Virus record (IMG/VR): IMGVR_UViG_3300037510_000392
Span: 1-51,023 of that record
From: a virus
Lineage: Duplodnaviria; Caudoviricetes
Reading direction: 5' to 3' (one strand)
Length of the DNA stretch: 51,023 bases
Part shown: piece after piece, positions 1-9,885 of the stretch
Layout of the letters: each line of letters opens with the position of its first letter
Position numbering within the stretch: the first letter of the stretch is position 1
Program-made: the position numbers and the translations under genes
Notes under the pieces: model-generated
What the model was told of the DNA's origin: nothing
What the model saw: only the letters and a program-made list of their open reading frames with translations
Database searches by the model: none

Positions 1-76
1 GAGGAATCTGCTGCGTCCTATGACCGCTATGGTGTGCTGCTGATTGATGGCAAGCGACTGTCCTGACAAAATTGAC
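1..76. repeat. Terminal direct repeat (identical to 50948..51023); circular assembly overlap
   Basis: gaggaatctg...acaaaattgac occurs at both ends; ORF 50723..51013 ends inside it. Confidence 0.95.
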
Positions 77-116
77 GTCACATACGATTGGCAGAATGGC
101 CAAAAGAGGAATAGCT

Positions 117-563
117 ATGAATGATAAAGATTGGCATCGAAGCTGGCGTGACCGTGTGACTGCACGAGGCGAGCCTGCTGATGGGTGGGCCCATATGATC
201 ACAGATCCGCAACAGATGACCGAATATGGCTTCCCAAAGCCTTTGTTTAATCTGTCTGATATGGAAGAAAGTCCCGATGTGCGGGTGATTCGCGTGCGGC
301 TTGAGCGGCCTGATGACTGGCCTCTCATCCCGTGCCCAAGCACATCCGAACGCGTACAGACGAATGAGCGTGAGATCAACATGCGCATTGAGTGCAGCGA
401 AGAAAAAACTCTCTTTGATCTGCTGTATGAGGTAAACGGGGGTCAGCGCCTGCTGGATGTACTTGAAGCAAAAGTGGATCACTGGATCAAGCGAAAGTCT
501 GATCTTGCCCGCTTGGTTGATCTTTATTTTTCTGGGCGTGATCCTCGCTCAGGCCGCTCATAA
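117..563 (+). CDS. Hypothetical protein, paralog of 29070..29435
   Basis: RBS agagga before ATG 117; C-terminal LFDLLYEV..QRLLDVLE..KRKSDLARLVDLYFS matches LIDLLFDV..QRYLDSLE..DRKTQLARLVDIHYS. Confidence 0.75.
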   Translation: MNDKDWHRSWRDRVTARGEPADGWAHMITDPQQMTEYGFPKPLFNLSDMEESPDVRVIRVRLERPDDWPLIPCPSTSERVQTNEREINMRIECSEEKTLFDLLYEVNGGQRLLDVLEAKVDHWIKRKSDLARLVDLYFSGRDPRSGRS

Positions 564-580
564 TAGGCACTTTGGGCCGT
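553..580 (+). repeat. dif-like cassette boundary site (last of array)
   Basis: gccgctcataa-taggca-ctttgggccgt; left arm contains the stop codon of 117..563. Confidence 0.5.
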
Positions 581-588
581 ATAGCACG

Positions 589-615
589 AACGCGCCCTAT
601 GTGGGGCGCGTTTTT
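589..615 (+). terminator. Intrinsic terminator ending the early rightward operon
   Basis: aacgcgccc-tatgtg-gggcgcgtt followed by ttt. Confidence 0.75.
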
Positions 616-667
616 GATTCCCCTCTCCACGCAAACGAAAGAAACACACACATGCGTACAAAGTGTG

Positions 668-705
668 TGGTATAGTGGGATAAAGCCCATACATGACATG
701 TCACG
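668..705 (+). promoter_or_regulatory. Extended -10 promoter (TGgTATAGT) plus TGACATGTCA palindrome at the start of the late region
   Basis: tggtatagt at 668..676; catgacatgtcacg at 692..705. Confidence 0.55.
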
Positions 706-707
706 CA

Positions 708-2111
708 ATGGCAAAAACGTTCTATTTTGACTCTCTCCTTGGTCATTCCTCTCACGCGGGCACAGGGCCGTTTGATGCCCTGCGCGATGCCAACGACTTC
801 AACACGCTGGTGCTTGAGCCAGGGGACCGCGTCCTGTTTCATGCGGGCCAAGCGTTCGATGGTAACTTTGTGCTGTCACGCTCTGGCGCTGAGGGGCGGG
901 AGATCGTTATCGACACCTACACGCTTGGTGGCGAGACGACACGCTGGGCCACCTTCACAGGCGATCCAACCGCCACACGCCCGATTGCCTGGGATGTGAA
1001 TGCCAGCTATGTGAAGCTCACTCATGTGCAGGCCTCTGGCGCTCGCTATGCGGGCTTTCTCTTCAGGGAAAAGCAGGCGCATATCGAGGGGTCGAACCTG
1101 CGCATGCGCAATTGCGGCATTGGGGCGCGACTGCGTGGCTCCCAGATCACCCTGACGCATCCCGATGTGCAGGGCGCGACCATGAGCCGCTTTCAGCACA
1201 GGGTGACGGATGAGGGCGGCGTGGCCTTCTCTGTGGAGGCCGATGGTTGGCTGAATGAGGGCAACACCATTGCGCAGGCCTTCGTGTATGGAGCGATTGC
1301 ACCCGCGGATGACAAGTTCGATGGCGGTGATGTCGAGATCTTCGGTGACGTGGTGGGCTTGACCGTGGAAAACAGTGTGTTTCTTTTCAGCAAGGGCGGT
1401 GTGGAAATCGGTGGCCCCTCACGGCAGTCGGGGCAAGTCCCCTCAACCACACGCGATGTGACCTTCAGAAAGAATCTCTTCATCCATACAGGTGTGCTGG
1501 CACTGTTCAACGACCCCGGCCAGACCTTCCCTATTCGTGTTCAGAACATGCGCTTTCTCAACAACACCATTTATGATCGCACACGCAATCTGAGCGCTGT
1601 GTATTTCAACGGGGCGTGGGGTGATGTGTCCAGGGTCGTGCGCTTTGAGGGCAACATTTACGACGGCCTCGGCTCATGGGTCGGTGGCAAGGGCACGCTG
1701 CTCGACACCATCCCGCACACAGGCAACCTCTACCAGCGCCTCGGGAGCACCAGCCTCGGCTACACGCTGTCGCCCGATGAATGGCAGGGTGATCCGGGCT
1801 TCGTCAATCCCGCAGGCCTGGACTTTCGCCTCAAATCCACTCCCAACGCAGGCCTGATGAGGGTCATTCCAGGGGCGCTTGGGCCGGCGCAGACCTACGA
1901 CAGCCTTGTGGATCTCAAGTGGCTGCTGAAGCAGACGCGCACGCCGCTGGATGCCAACAACTTCATTGGCGGCCTGCACAGCTATCCCTCGCACTCGCAA
2001 ATGTGGGCCATCCCGCAACCGCTTCGACGTGCGGGCATGGAATGCAGTGTGAGCGCCTATGATCAGCGCTGGCGGCTGGCAGAGGATCTGACGACATGGC
2101 TGCAAAACTGA
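708..2111 (+). CDS. Right-handed parallel beta-helix (pectin-lyase-like) protein; possible glycan depolymerase
   Basis: N-terminal TFYFDS..G..GTGPF..LEPGDRVLF, repeated FxNNxI/FEGNIY strands, closing GDPGFVNPAGLDFRL motif typical of beta-helix proteins. Confidence 0.7.
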   Translation: MAKTFYFDSLLGHSSHAGTGPFDALRDANDFNTLVLEPGDRVLFHAGQAFDGNFVLSRSGAEGREIVIDTYTLGGETTRWATFTGDPTATRPIAWDVNASYVKLTHVQASGARYAGFLFREKQAHIEGSNLRMRNCGIGARLRGSQITLTHPDVQGATMSRFQHRVTDEGGVAFSVEADGWLNEGNTIAQAFVYGAIAPADDKFDGGDVEIFGDVVGLTVENSVFLFSKGGVEIGGPSRQSGQVPSTTRDVTFRKNLFIHTGVLALFNDPGQTFPIRVQNMRFLNNTIYDRTRNLSAVYFNGAWGDVSRVVRFEGNIYDGLGSWVGGKGTLLDTIPHTGNLYQRLGSTSLGYTLSPDEWQGDPGFVNPAGLDFRLKSTPNAGLMRVIPGALGPAQTYDSLVDLKWLLKQTRTPLDANNFIGGLHSYPSHSQMWAIPQPLRRAGMECSVSAYDQRWRLAEDLTTWLQN

Positions 2112-2145
2112 ACGTTTGACGTTTGAACGGATCGATCTGACACGA

Positions 2146-2613
2146 ATGGCAAAACTCTCCGAGGTTCAACAGCTTCTCCAGGATCAGCGCCGCGAGGCGG
2201 TGGCCCGCCACATGCTGCGCGGATTCAGTCTGCGTGAGATTCAAGGCAAGCTGGAGAACGACGACAAAATCCTCAACCCAGACACCCGTCAACCCTATTC
2301 GGTTGAAACCATCCGCAGTGATCAGGCGGCCATCAAGCGCCTGTGGGCCTCATCCACCAAGGCCAGCGTTGAGGCGCACCGCGCCCGCCAACTGGCCGAA
2401 CTTGGGGAGATCAAGCGTGAGGCGTGGACCGCGGGCAATCACGGTCTGGTGCTCCAGGCGCTGAGTCACGAATCCAAACTCACCGACACCGCAGCCCCGA
2501 TGCGCATCAATATCGATCTGGTCTCGTCTTTGTGGTCTGCCCTTGAACGCGCGGGGCACAACCCTGAGACAGTGTTTAAGGCCATGATCTCAGAACTGGT
2601 AACTGCCCCATGA
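2146..2613 (+). CDS. terS: Terminase small subunit (putative)
   Basis: HTH-like N-terminus (RGFSLREI...SVETIRSD); stop overlaps TerL start. Confidence 0.6.
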   Translation: MAKLSEVQQLLQDQRREAVARHMLRGFSLREIQGKLENDDKILNPDTRQPYSVETIRSDQAAIKRLWASSTKASVEAHRARQLAELGEIKREAWTAGNHGLVLQALSHESKLTDTAAPMRINIDLVSSLWSALERAGHNPETVFKAMISELVTAP

Positions 2614-4130
2614 TCTCTCGCAAGACGCGTCATTTTGCCGCGGATCTCCTGTCAAAGGTGGGTGTTTTGCCGCCACGCGACAGGCCGCTGTACACCTATG
2701 ATCAGGTGTTCGGCAGTCTTTATATTCTGGACAAATATGCGCAATTTGTCCCCTTCCGCCCCAATCGCTTGCAGCGGCATTTGCTCACTCGCCTGACCGG
2801 GCGCGATCTCGTCATCAAATCCCGTCAGCAGGGTGTTTCAACGCTGGCGGTTGCGGATCAGTATGCTCGATCAGTCACCGAGACGCTCCGCTGCGCCTCT
2901 CTTGCCCATGATGATCTGACCACGCAAAAACTTCGCTACATGGCTGACCGCTTCCACACTCGATTGCCTGACAGCATGCACATCCCTCGCGGTCTGGACA
3001 ATGACACGACGACCACCTACCCGCAGACGGCCAGCGAGGTGACCATCACCACTGCAGGCAATCCCCGCGGCGGGCGTGGCGGCACCTATGATTATGTGCA
3101 CGGCTCTGAGGTGGCGTTCTGGGCCGATGCAGGCGAGATCATGGCAGGCCTGATGCAGGGTGTGCTTCTGGGACGGGGGCGGATTCTGCTGGAGACCACG
3201 ACCAACGGGGCGCAGGGCTGGTTTTACAACGTGGTGGACGCCGCGCTGAGCGCAGATGAGGATCAACCCTCGATCTGGACCATCCACTTTTATGAGTGGT
3301 GGTGGACCGAGGAGTATGCCATCCCCCTGGAGGAGGGTGAGACACTCACCTACACCTCAGAGGAAGACAAGCTTGTCCGTGATCATGCCCTCCGTCCTGA
3401 TCAGATCAAATGGCGTCGCGCCAAGATCAAAGAGTTTCGCGACAGCGGCGAGGGAGACAAGTTCCTTCAGGAGTACCCGGAGGACATCACAACCTGCTTC
3501 CTGCGCAGTGGGTACAGCGTCTTTGGTAACTTCCATCACGCCCTGTACTCAATGACAGGCCTGGAACCAGATCCCACTCATTTTTATGTGGCGGGTCTGG
3601 ATTGGGGTCAGGCGTCCGATTACACCTGTCTGTGCATCATGGATGCCACCACCAATCGCGAGGTGGTGCTCGCGCGCTGGCGGCGCATGTCATGGGAGGC
3701 GATGCACATCGAAATTTTGAAGCTGTGCAAAAAGTGGAACGTCAAGCTCATCCTGCCAGAAAAGAACAGCGCGTCGACCAACGTCGAGACGCTGGCCAAC
3801 GGTCTTCAGAAGGAGGGCCTCAAAACAAATGTCTGGCCTGTGGACATGTCGAACCCGCTCAAGGCGGACTTGGTCAGTGAGTTCCGCCATGCCCTCGAAA
3901 CAGAGGACTTTAAGCTGCTGAAGATCGACTTTGGCACACGCGAACTGGCAGCCTTTGAATCACACCAGAACGCCAGCGGCATCTACGTCTACAACGCTCC
4001 CAAAAAGAAGGCACAGGACGATGAGGACAAGCCCCATGATGACACGGTGATCGCGCGGTTGCTGGCGCGGCGGGCCATGCTGATGCGGTCTTACACCGGA
4101 TCGCCGGACTGGTTAAACGAGAGAGTTTAG
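2610..4130 (+). CDS. terL: Terminase large subunit
   Basis: Walker A KSRQQGVST, Walker B-like YVHGSEVAFW, ETT coupling motif, RNase H nuclease GLDWG and HDDTVIA. Confidence 0.92.
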   Translation: MISRKTRHFAADLLSKVGVLPPRDRPLYTYDQVFGSLYILDKYAQFVPFRPNRLQRHLLTRLTGRDLVIKSRQQGVSTLAVADQYARSVTETLRCASLAHDDLTTQKLRYMADRFHTRLPDSMHIPRGLDNDTTTTYPQTASEVTITTAGNPRGGRGGTYDYVHGSEVAFWADAGEIMAGLMQGVLLGRGRILLETTTNGAQGWFYNVVDAALSADEDQPSIWTIHFYEWWWTEEYAIPLEEGETLTYTSEEDKLVRDHALRPDQIKWRRAKIKEFRDSGEGDKFLQEYPEDITTCFLRSGYSVFGNFHHALYSMTGLEPDPTHFYVAGLDWGQASDYTCLCIMDATTNREVVLARWRRMSWEAMHIEILKLCKKWNVKLILPEKNSASTNVETLANGLQKEGLKTNVWPVDMSNPLKADLVSEFRHALETEDFKLLKIDFGTRELAAFESHQNASGIYVYNAPKKKAQDDEDKPHDDTVIARLLARRAMLMRSYTGSPDWLNERV

Positions 4131-4160
4131 AGCAGACGACTTAGGAAGCGAGGATGAAAT

Positions 4161-5741
4161 GTGGTTAATGTCCGAGAGTTGGCGAGGCGTCTCATGACCG
4201 CCGCGCGCACAGGGGTTGAGGCGGCTGTCACCTCATATCGCAATGAGGCGCAAAATCCGCAGGCAGCAGATTTTGGCTCGTATGCCTCCCGCCGCGAACG
4301 GATGGGCTTGTATCGGCAGTATGCGGCGAACACCGTGTTTGACAGCCTGAGCCGCGCAGCCCCACTCATCAAGGTGGATCAGAAGCTCTACAAGCACATC
4401 CGCAGCATCTACAATCCCGTGGCGCGCCTCATTGATCTTGAGGTGGCCAAGGTGTATGGCGGGGCGATTGATTGGACCGGAGACCTGCGCACGGGCGCGA
4501 TCCCCGTGGTCGGCGCGGATGAGGCGCTGATTCAAGCGATCATTCGTCTGTTGAAGTGGTCCAACTTTGGCTCCTCCAAAAGTCTGTACGTCCGTCAGGG
4601 GGCAACGACGGGGGACAGCTTTCTGCATGTCATCGATGATCTGGAGCGCCAGCGCGTGCGCATCGAGGTGCTTGATCCCTCACGGGTGATTGAGTGCACG
4701 CATGACCCTGTCGGCAACGTCAAACACATTGTCATCAGTTATATGGATGTGGATGAGAAGGACAAGCCGTTTCGCTTCACTCTGGAGATTGATGGCGCGC
4801 GCTTCCGCACTTACAAGGACGATGCCTTGTTCTCGTTCTACAGAGGCATCAACGGGGAGCCGATTGACAGCTGGGACAATCCCTATGGCTTTGTGCCTGT
4901 GCGCCATGTTCGGCACAAGGATGTGGGGCTGGATTATGGCGTGCCCTCGTTCTTTGGCAGCCTGAGCAAAATCAATGAACTCAACGATCAGGCCTCGCTC
5001 CTCAATGACAACATTCGCAAAACCGTGAACGTCACATGGGCGCTCATCGGGGGCGTGATGTCTGGCACGCGCGACGGTGACCCCAATAAGCGCGATGATG
5101 TGCTCACCATCCAGATCCCTGCGGGCGGTGATGTCAAGCCGATGGTGGCCAATCTGGATATTGCAGGCGTCGTGTCGGCAATGGAGAAGCTGACCAGTGA
5201 AATTGAGCACGACATGCCACAGCTCAGCCTGCAAAGCATTCGCGACAAAAACGGTGATGCCACGGGGGTGGCGATCCGCAATCTGTACAACGATGCCGTG
5301 GGCCTCATTGAAGAGATTCAAGGCAACTATGATGCAGGCCTCATTGCGGCGCTCCAGATGGGCATCAGCATGGGGTCGGTGCATATGTACAAAGACTTCC
5401 GTGCCTACGACCTCAACAGCTATGCCGATGGTGATCTTGACTTTTACCTGCAACCGCGCAGCGTGTTTGCGGACACCCTCTCACGCCGTGAGAAGATCGA
5501 ACTGCTGGTGCAGGTGGCCGACAAGCCGATTGCAGCCCTGGCGATGCGGGATATGGGCTACAGTGAGGAGGACATCGAGGAGGTGTTGATGGCCAAAGAG
5601 CAGGCCATCACCGCGGCAACACGCGGCCTGATGCAGGCGGCCTTCGATGGCAACACAGACGACCAGAACACTCAGGACCTAACCAATGGCAACGAAGAAG
5701 ACCCAGCGCAAGAGCCGTTCGCAGCCGTCGCAGGCGCGTAG
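4161..5741 (+). CDS. Portal protein
   Basis: 526 aa directly after TerL; NPYGFVPVRHV and ATGVAIR motifs typical of SPP1-like portals; acidic tail. Confidence 0.85.
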   Translation: MVNVRELARRLMTAARTGVEAAVTSYRNEAQNPQAADFGSYASRRERMGLYRQYAANTVFDSLSRAAPLIKVDQKLYKHIRSIYNPVARLIDLEVAKVYGGAIDWTGDLRTGAIPVVGADEALIQAIIRLLKWSNFGSSKSLYVRQGATTGDSFLHVIDDLERQRVRIEVLDPSRVIECTHDPVGNVKHIVISYMDVDEKDKPFRFTLEIDGARFRTYKDDALFSFYRGINGEPIDSWDNPYGFVPVRHVRHKDVGLDYGVPSFFGSLSKINELNDQASLLNDNIRKTVNVTWALIGGVMSGTRDGDPNKRDDVLTIQIPAGGDVKPMVANLDIAGVVSAMEKLTSEIEHDMPQLSLQSIRDKNGDATGVAIRNLYNDAVGLIEEIQGNYDAGLIAALQMGISMGSVHMYKDFRAYDLNSYADGDLDFYLQPRSVFADTLSRREKIELLVQVADKPIAALAMRDMGYSEEDIEEVLMAKEQAITAATRGLMQAAFDGNTDDQNTQDLTNGNEEDPAQEPFAAVAGA

Positions 5742-6060
5742 CCATCTGCCCGCGCTCAACCAGGCACGATTGACGCTCACGCTTCAACAATTGAAGGATG
5801 AGCCTGTGATCCCTGTGGAGGCCAAGCGTGCGATCACCGACAGCCTCCAAGCGGCCACCAACCCAAACGCGGAATCACCCTCAGTGGTGATTGCCAGCCT
5901 GGACAAGGCCGATCAAGACGCCGTGCGCACGGCACAGACGTTCTATGCCCAGACGATGGGCCGCATGAATCGCCGTGGCCGTGCGGCCTTGATGCAGATG
6001 AGCGATGCGGAGTTTGAGGCAAGGTTGGGTCAGACGGATGAGGGTGGCAATGGAGATTGA
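5686..6060 (+). CDS. Hypothetical head-module protein
   Basis: ORF overlapping portal end and next gene start. Confidence 0.55.
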   Translation: MATKKTQRKSRSQPSQARSHLPALNQARLTLTLQQLKDEPVIPVEAKRAITDSLQAATNPNAESPSVVIASLDKADQDAVRTAQTFYAQTMGRMNRRGRAALMQMSDAEFEARLGQTDEGGNGD

Positions 6061-6616
6061 TCAGGCGCTCAAGCTGCTGGAGACACAGAAAGCCATCATC
6101 CTGCCTGAAGACCTTGACCATGACTGTTATGTGCTCATCCAGATGGCATGTCTGATGTATGCCGATGACACACTGTCGCTGTACTGTCGCGGTGATGGTG
6201 GATCATGTCGCACGGCCAATGCCATCGTTGATGTCATCCAGGCTCATGGCAAGGTACGCGGCATCCTTGCAGGCGAGGCAGACAGCTCTCACGGCATCAT
6301 CTTTGCAGGCTGTCCAGAGCGCTATGTCTATCCGCATGGTGCGATTGGTGTGCATCGCACGACAGTGATGCAGATCGACATGGTGGACGCGCCCTATGCC
6401 CGCAATCGCCATGACGATCTGGAGGCGGGAGATCAGCTGAATGCACGTATCCTGGCCTCTGCCTGCCCCACAGGGTCGGATCTCACAGCGGACTGGTGGT
6501 ACAAGCAAATTGATGAGACAGGCAAGGGGCTGCGCCTGTTTGATTCAGCGTTTCTGGTCAGCAAGGGCATTGCCAAGCCAGCGAGTGAGTTGAAGGGGAT
6601 GAGCAGTGGTAATTAA
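6050..6616 (+). CDS. ClpP/crotonase-fold protease (putative prohead protease)
   Basis: LYCRGDGGS, GEADSSHGIIF (Ser), ERYVYPHGAIGVH (His) follow the ClpP pattern. Confidence 0.7.
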   Translation: MEIDQALKLLETQKAIILPEDLDHDCYVLIQMACLMYADDTLSLYCRGDGGSCRTANAIVDVIQAHGKVRGILAGEADSSHGIIFAGCPERYVYPHGAIGVHRTTVMQIDMVDAPYARNRHDDLEAGDQLNARILASACPTGSDLTADWWYKQIDETGKGLRLFDSAFLVSKGIAKPASELKGMSSGN

Positions 6617-6983
6617 GCAGATTCAACTTTTCGACAGCGTGCGCGCCAAACACAATCTTGAGGTTGCGCAGAAGGCCCATGACGAGCAAATCGGTCCTGC
6701 ATTGCACCCGCAGGATCTTACGATTGATCAATTGGGTGTTGTGGACTATCTCCACCATCAAATGGATCGATGGGAGTATATCCAGAAGCAAGAGGAAGAA
6801 TTGTCACGCCTTATCGCTGATGGATGGACGGTCATTGCCACCTATCGTTTAGGGGATGGCATCAATGGCTGTCAGTTGATTCTCTACAAACCAGACACCG
6901 AGTATTCACAAGAGCCTTTTGAATACTCAGGAAAGCGAGGACATTTCGGTATCCCTGTGCCGGATAGCGACAAGGCTGTATGA
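6606..6983 (+). CDS. Hypothetical protein (visibly more AT-rich; possible insertion)
   Basis: ORF overlapping both neighbours. Confidence 0.6.
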   Translation: MVIKQIQLFDSVRAKHNLEVAQKAHDEQIGPALHPQDLTIDQLGVVDYLHHQMDRWEYIQKQEEELSRLIADGWTVIATYRLGDGINGCQLILYKPDTEYSQEPFEYSGKRGHFGIPVPDSDKAV

Positions 6984-7618
6984 CCACGCGCGAGCCAGTC
7001 AACACCAATCTTATCGTTGGCATCATTCTCCCCTTATACCGGATGGATCAGGGGGATGTTGAGGCACTGGCCAGTGATCTGCGTCGGCAGGTGATGGCGG
7101 AATACGGTCGCGAGATTCAGCGCAATCTCAACCTCTATGGCTGCCAGCGTCTGTACAGTGGTCCTGACCAGACGTCTCAGGCGTGGATTGACGACTATGT
7201 GGGCAGGATGTCGGAAAGCATTGCCCGCACATACAACTCCCAGCTTCAAAATGAGATCCGCCGCCAGTACACCGCCAATCCGCGCGCGAACCGCTTCTCA
7301 TATATTCGCGCCCTTGATGCGTGGACCGTTCGCCGCAATGCCTACAAGGTACCAAGCATCGCCCTGAACAGCATGACACAGGTGCGGGCCTATGCCCAGG
7401 ATCGGTTCATTCGCGAGAACAAAATCACCGGACGTTTTGCGATGGTTGGGCCTCCACCCGTGTGCAAGATCTGCATTCGCATCAAGGCCAATGGTCCCCT
7501 GCCCTGGGAGGAATGCCAGAGGCCAGAGAATCGCCTGCCCGCGCACGTGAACTGCCCGCATCGCCGAGAAGCGCTGGTGTTGATCAAAATCGACTGCGCA
7601 AATGCATGGACAGGCTAA
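6980..7618 (+). CDS. Head morphogenesis protein (Mu gpF/SPP1 gp7-like)
   Basis: C-terminal VCKIC...PAHVNCPH motif; position in head module. Confidence 0.7.
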   Translation: MTTREPVNTNLIVGIILPLYRMDQGDVEALASDLRRQVMAEYGREIQRNLNLYGCQRLYSGPDQTSQAWIDDYVGRMSESIARTYNSQLQNEIRRQYTANPRANRFSYIRALDAWTVRRNAYKVPSIALNSMTQVRAYAQDRFIRENKITGRFAMVGPPPVCKICIRIKANGPLPWEECQRPENRLPAHVNCPHRREALVLIKIDCANAWTG

Positions 7619-7636
7619 GGAATTGTGTTTTCACCG

Positions 7637-7683
7637 ATACATGACACGTCATACATGATATGTCATCAAATGATGTGTCATCT
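7637..7683. promoter_or_regulatory. Three tandem TGAYRYGTCA boxes upstream of the scaffold/capsid genes
   Basis: atacatgacacgtc-atacatgatatgtc-atcaaatgatgtgtc-atc. Confidence 0.6.
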
Positions 7684-7711
7684 ATATTGACAAGCTGACT
7701 TGAAAGGGATT

Positions 7712-8395
7712 ATGATCATGGAAACAGAACAGACGAGCGCCAACAGCGCTCAAGGCACCACCGAAACACCCGCGCCAAACACCACGTCTACCTCGACGGC
7801 TCAAGAGGGTACACCCAAGCGCGAGTACACACAGGCGGAATTGGATCGCATGATGAGCGAGCGCGCCACACGCGCCGCACAACAGGCCACCAAGAAGCTG
7901 CTCGAAACACTTGGGGTGACCTCTGAGGCGGATCTTCCGACCCTCAAAGACACCATCACCAAAGCTCGTGAACGCGAACAGGCCGACATGACCGCTGCTG
8001 AGCGTGCTCAGAAGGAGGCCGAGTCTGCCAAAAAGCAGAACGAGACCCTTCAACAGCAGCTTGCTGCGGAGAGGGCTGCACGCCGTGCTCAGACAATCAA
8101 TGGGGGCATCCGTGACGCCGTCAAGTCAGCACCAGATGCAGATCTGGTGCTGATGTACCTGCGCCAGAGCCACGCCGACGAGGTGGAGGCCCTGCTTGCT
8201 GAGGATGCCGACAAACTGGATGCTGAGAAGCTCAAAAAGCTTGTGGACGCCGCCAAAAAGGAGAAGCCAATTCTCTTCAACGGTGCAGCAGGTAGTCCAG
8301 GGAGTCCCTCGGCAAGCGGTGGGCGCGTGATGTCGGGCGACGTTGGGGCGATGAAACGCGCCACCCAGAACAATCAGAAACTCATACGAGGGTAA
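7712..8395 (+). CDS. Capsid scaffolding protein
   Basis: Disordered N-terminus, YTQAELD motif, coiled coil, KPILF and Gly/Ser tail. Confidence 0.8.
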   Translation: MIMETEQTSANSAQGTTETPAPNTTSTSTAQEGTPKREYTQAELDRMMSERATRAAQQATKKLLETLGVTSEADLPTLKDTITKAREREQADMTAAERAQKEAESAKKQNETLQQQLAAERAARRAQTINGGIRDAVKSAPDADLVLMYLRQSHADEVEALLAEDADKLDAEKLKKLVDAAKKEKPILFNGAAGSPGSPSASGGRVMSGDVGAMKRATQNNQKLIRG

Positions 8396-8400
8396 TCATC

Positions 8401-8799
8401 ATGCCAGATTTGGTGATCACAAAGGCGCGCATTGTCAGTTGGGTTGACAAGTTCGACGCGCCCAGCAACGAGGTGTTCGGGTTTGAAGCCGTGCGCTTCC
8501 ACACCGATGGCACTGTCACGCCCGCGAACGGCACCGATGCCACCGAGGCCAATTTTCAGGGACTTGCGGTCATCGAAAGCGATCGCGTTGGGCAAGCCAT
8601 CACAGTTGTCCGTGACGGCATTGTCGATGTTGGTGAGGCGCTTGTTGGTTTGAATGTTGGCGCCCCGATTTACCTGAGCGACACAGACGGGACGCTGGCC
8701 ACCTCAGCAGGCACTGTCAGCACCGTTGTGGGTCGCGTTGAGCCAGGGTGGGGCGGATTGACCTCCGATCTCCTCCTGCGCGTGCGGAAGGGAGCCTAA
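8401..8799 (+). CDS. Capsid decoration/cement protein
   Basis: 132 aa between scaffold and MCP; GAPIYLSDTDGTL..AGTVSTVVG motif. Confidence 0.65.
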   Translation: MPDLVITKARIVSWVDKFDAPSNEVFGFEAVRFHTDGTVTPANGTDATEANFQGLAVIESDRVGQAITVVRDGIVDVGEALVGLNVGAPIYLSDTDGTLATSAGTVSTVVGRVEPGWGGLTSDLLLRVRKGA

Positions 8800-8802
8800 C
8801 CG

Positions 8803-9885
8803 ATGGCAAACGCACAGACCTGGGGATTCATGCGATTGGAAGATGTCTATGACCGTCGTGTCGCGGACATCGAATCGGAACGCATTGACACAGCCGTGTT
8901 TGAGAGTGCGGACATGTTCAACCGTGACATGACTGCGATGATGGACACTCTCGTGGAACGCAAAAGCGTGCGCGAAGGGTCCTTTGACCTGCCGACCGCG
9001 GGTGAGATGCAGCCGTTGAGCGAAGACGGCACCCCGCGCCCGACACAGAGCTACATGACCATCACACAGGGCTATCCCCTGTGGCGCGCAGGTGACAGCT
9101 TTGGTCTGAACCGTGAGGCCTACGCCAAGCTGACCGTCCGTGAGATGGATAAGCTGATGGTGGGTGTGCTGGCGAAGTCGGCGCGCTGGAACATTCGGCG
9201 CATGCTGGCCGCCATTTACACCAATGTGGCCTACACCTTCAAGGAGAAGGGGCGCACCGATCTCACTGTGCGTCCGCTGGCCACGACCGCGGATGGCAGC
9301 ATTTACATGGACTTCAACGGCGAGTTGCAGACCGTGGAACACTACACAGGGCAGGCCGGGACGATCTCCAACAGCGCCAACCCCTACACTGCCAACGAGA
9401 CGATTCTGCGGGCGCACCCGTCGAACACGGGCACGATCGTTCATTACATTCCATCAGGCCTGGTGGCCGACACGCAGGCCCTCGCCAGCTTCTATCCCTA
9501 TCGCCCCAACGATGGGCTGGTGGACTTTGGGGACGGCGTCGACGTGGCGGCACCGGATATTGCGCGCTTCATCGGGTTCGGCAACGAAATTCTTGGCGTT
9601 GTCGGGGATGGTGTGATCGTGCTCTCCCGCCGTCTGGCCGCTGATCGCGTCGTGTCCCTTGTGGACGGCGTCGACAAGCCGCTCATCATGCGCCAGGAGC
9701 CTGAGCCAACCCTTCAGGGGTTACAGGCGGTCACGGTGCAGGTCGACAGCAACTTCCGCAAGTGGGACTTCTACGAGAAGGCGGGCTTCGCCGTCCAGAA
9801 TCCCATCGCGATGGCCGTTCGTGAGATCGGGGATTCGTCCTATGACATCCCGACGAACTACGACGCGCGGACTCTGCCCGGCTAA
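8803..9885 (+). CDS. Major capsid protein
   Basis: 360 aa, position after scaffold/decoration, C-terminal GFAVQNP motif, biased codon usage. Confidence 0.75.
   Translation: MANAQTWGFMRLEDVYDRRVADIESERIDTAVFESADMFNRDMTAMMDTLVERKSVREGSFDLPTAGEMQPLSEDGTPRPTQSYMTITQGYPLWRAGDSFGLNREAYAKLTVREMDKLMVGVLAKSARWNIRRMLAAIYTNVAYTFKEKGRTDLTVRPLATTADGSIYMDFNGELQTVEHYTGQAGTISNSANPYTANETILRAHPSNTGTIVHYIPSGLVADTQALASFYPYRPNDGLVDFGDGVDVAAPDIARFIGFGNEILGVVGDGVIVLSRRLAADRVVSLVDGVDKPLIMRQEPEPTLQGLQAVTVQVDSNFRKWDFYEKAGFAVQNPIAMAVREIGDSSYDIPTNYDARTLPG

Noticed and set aside
1-76. Terminal repeat as a biological direct terminal repeat
   Set aside because: 76 nt, cuts through a gene and matches a typical assembler k-mer overlap; it indicates circularity only
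198-208. gatcacagatc as the target of the candidate sRNA loop
   Set aside because: An 11-nt match in mid-gene is plausible by chance in a genome of this size
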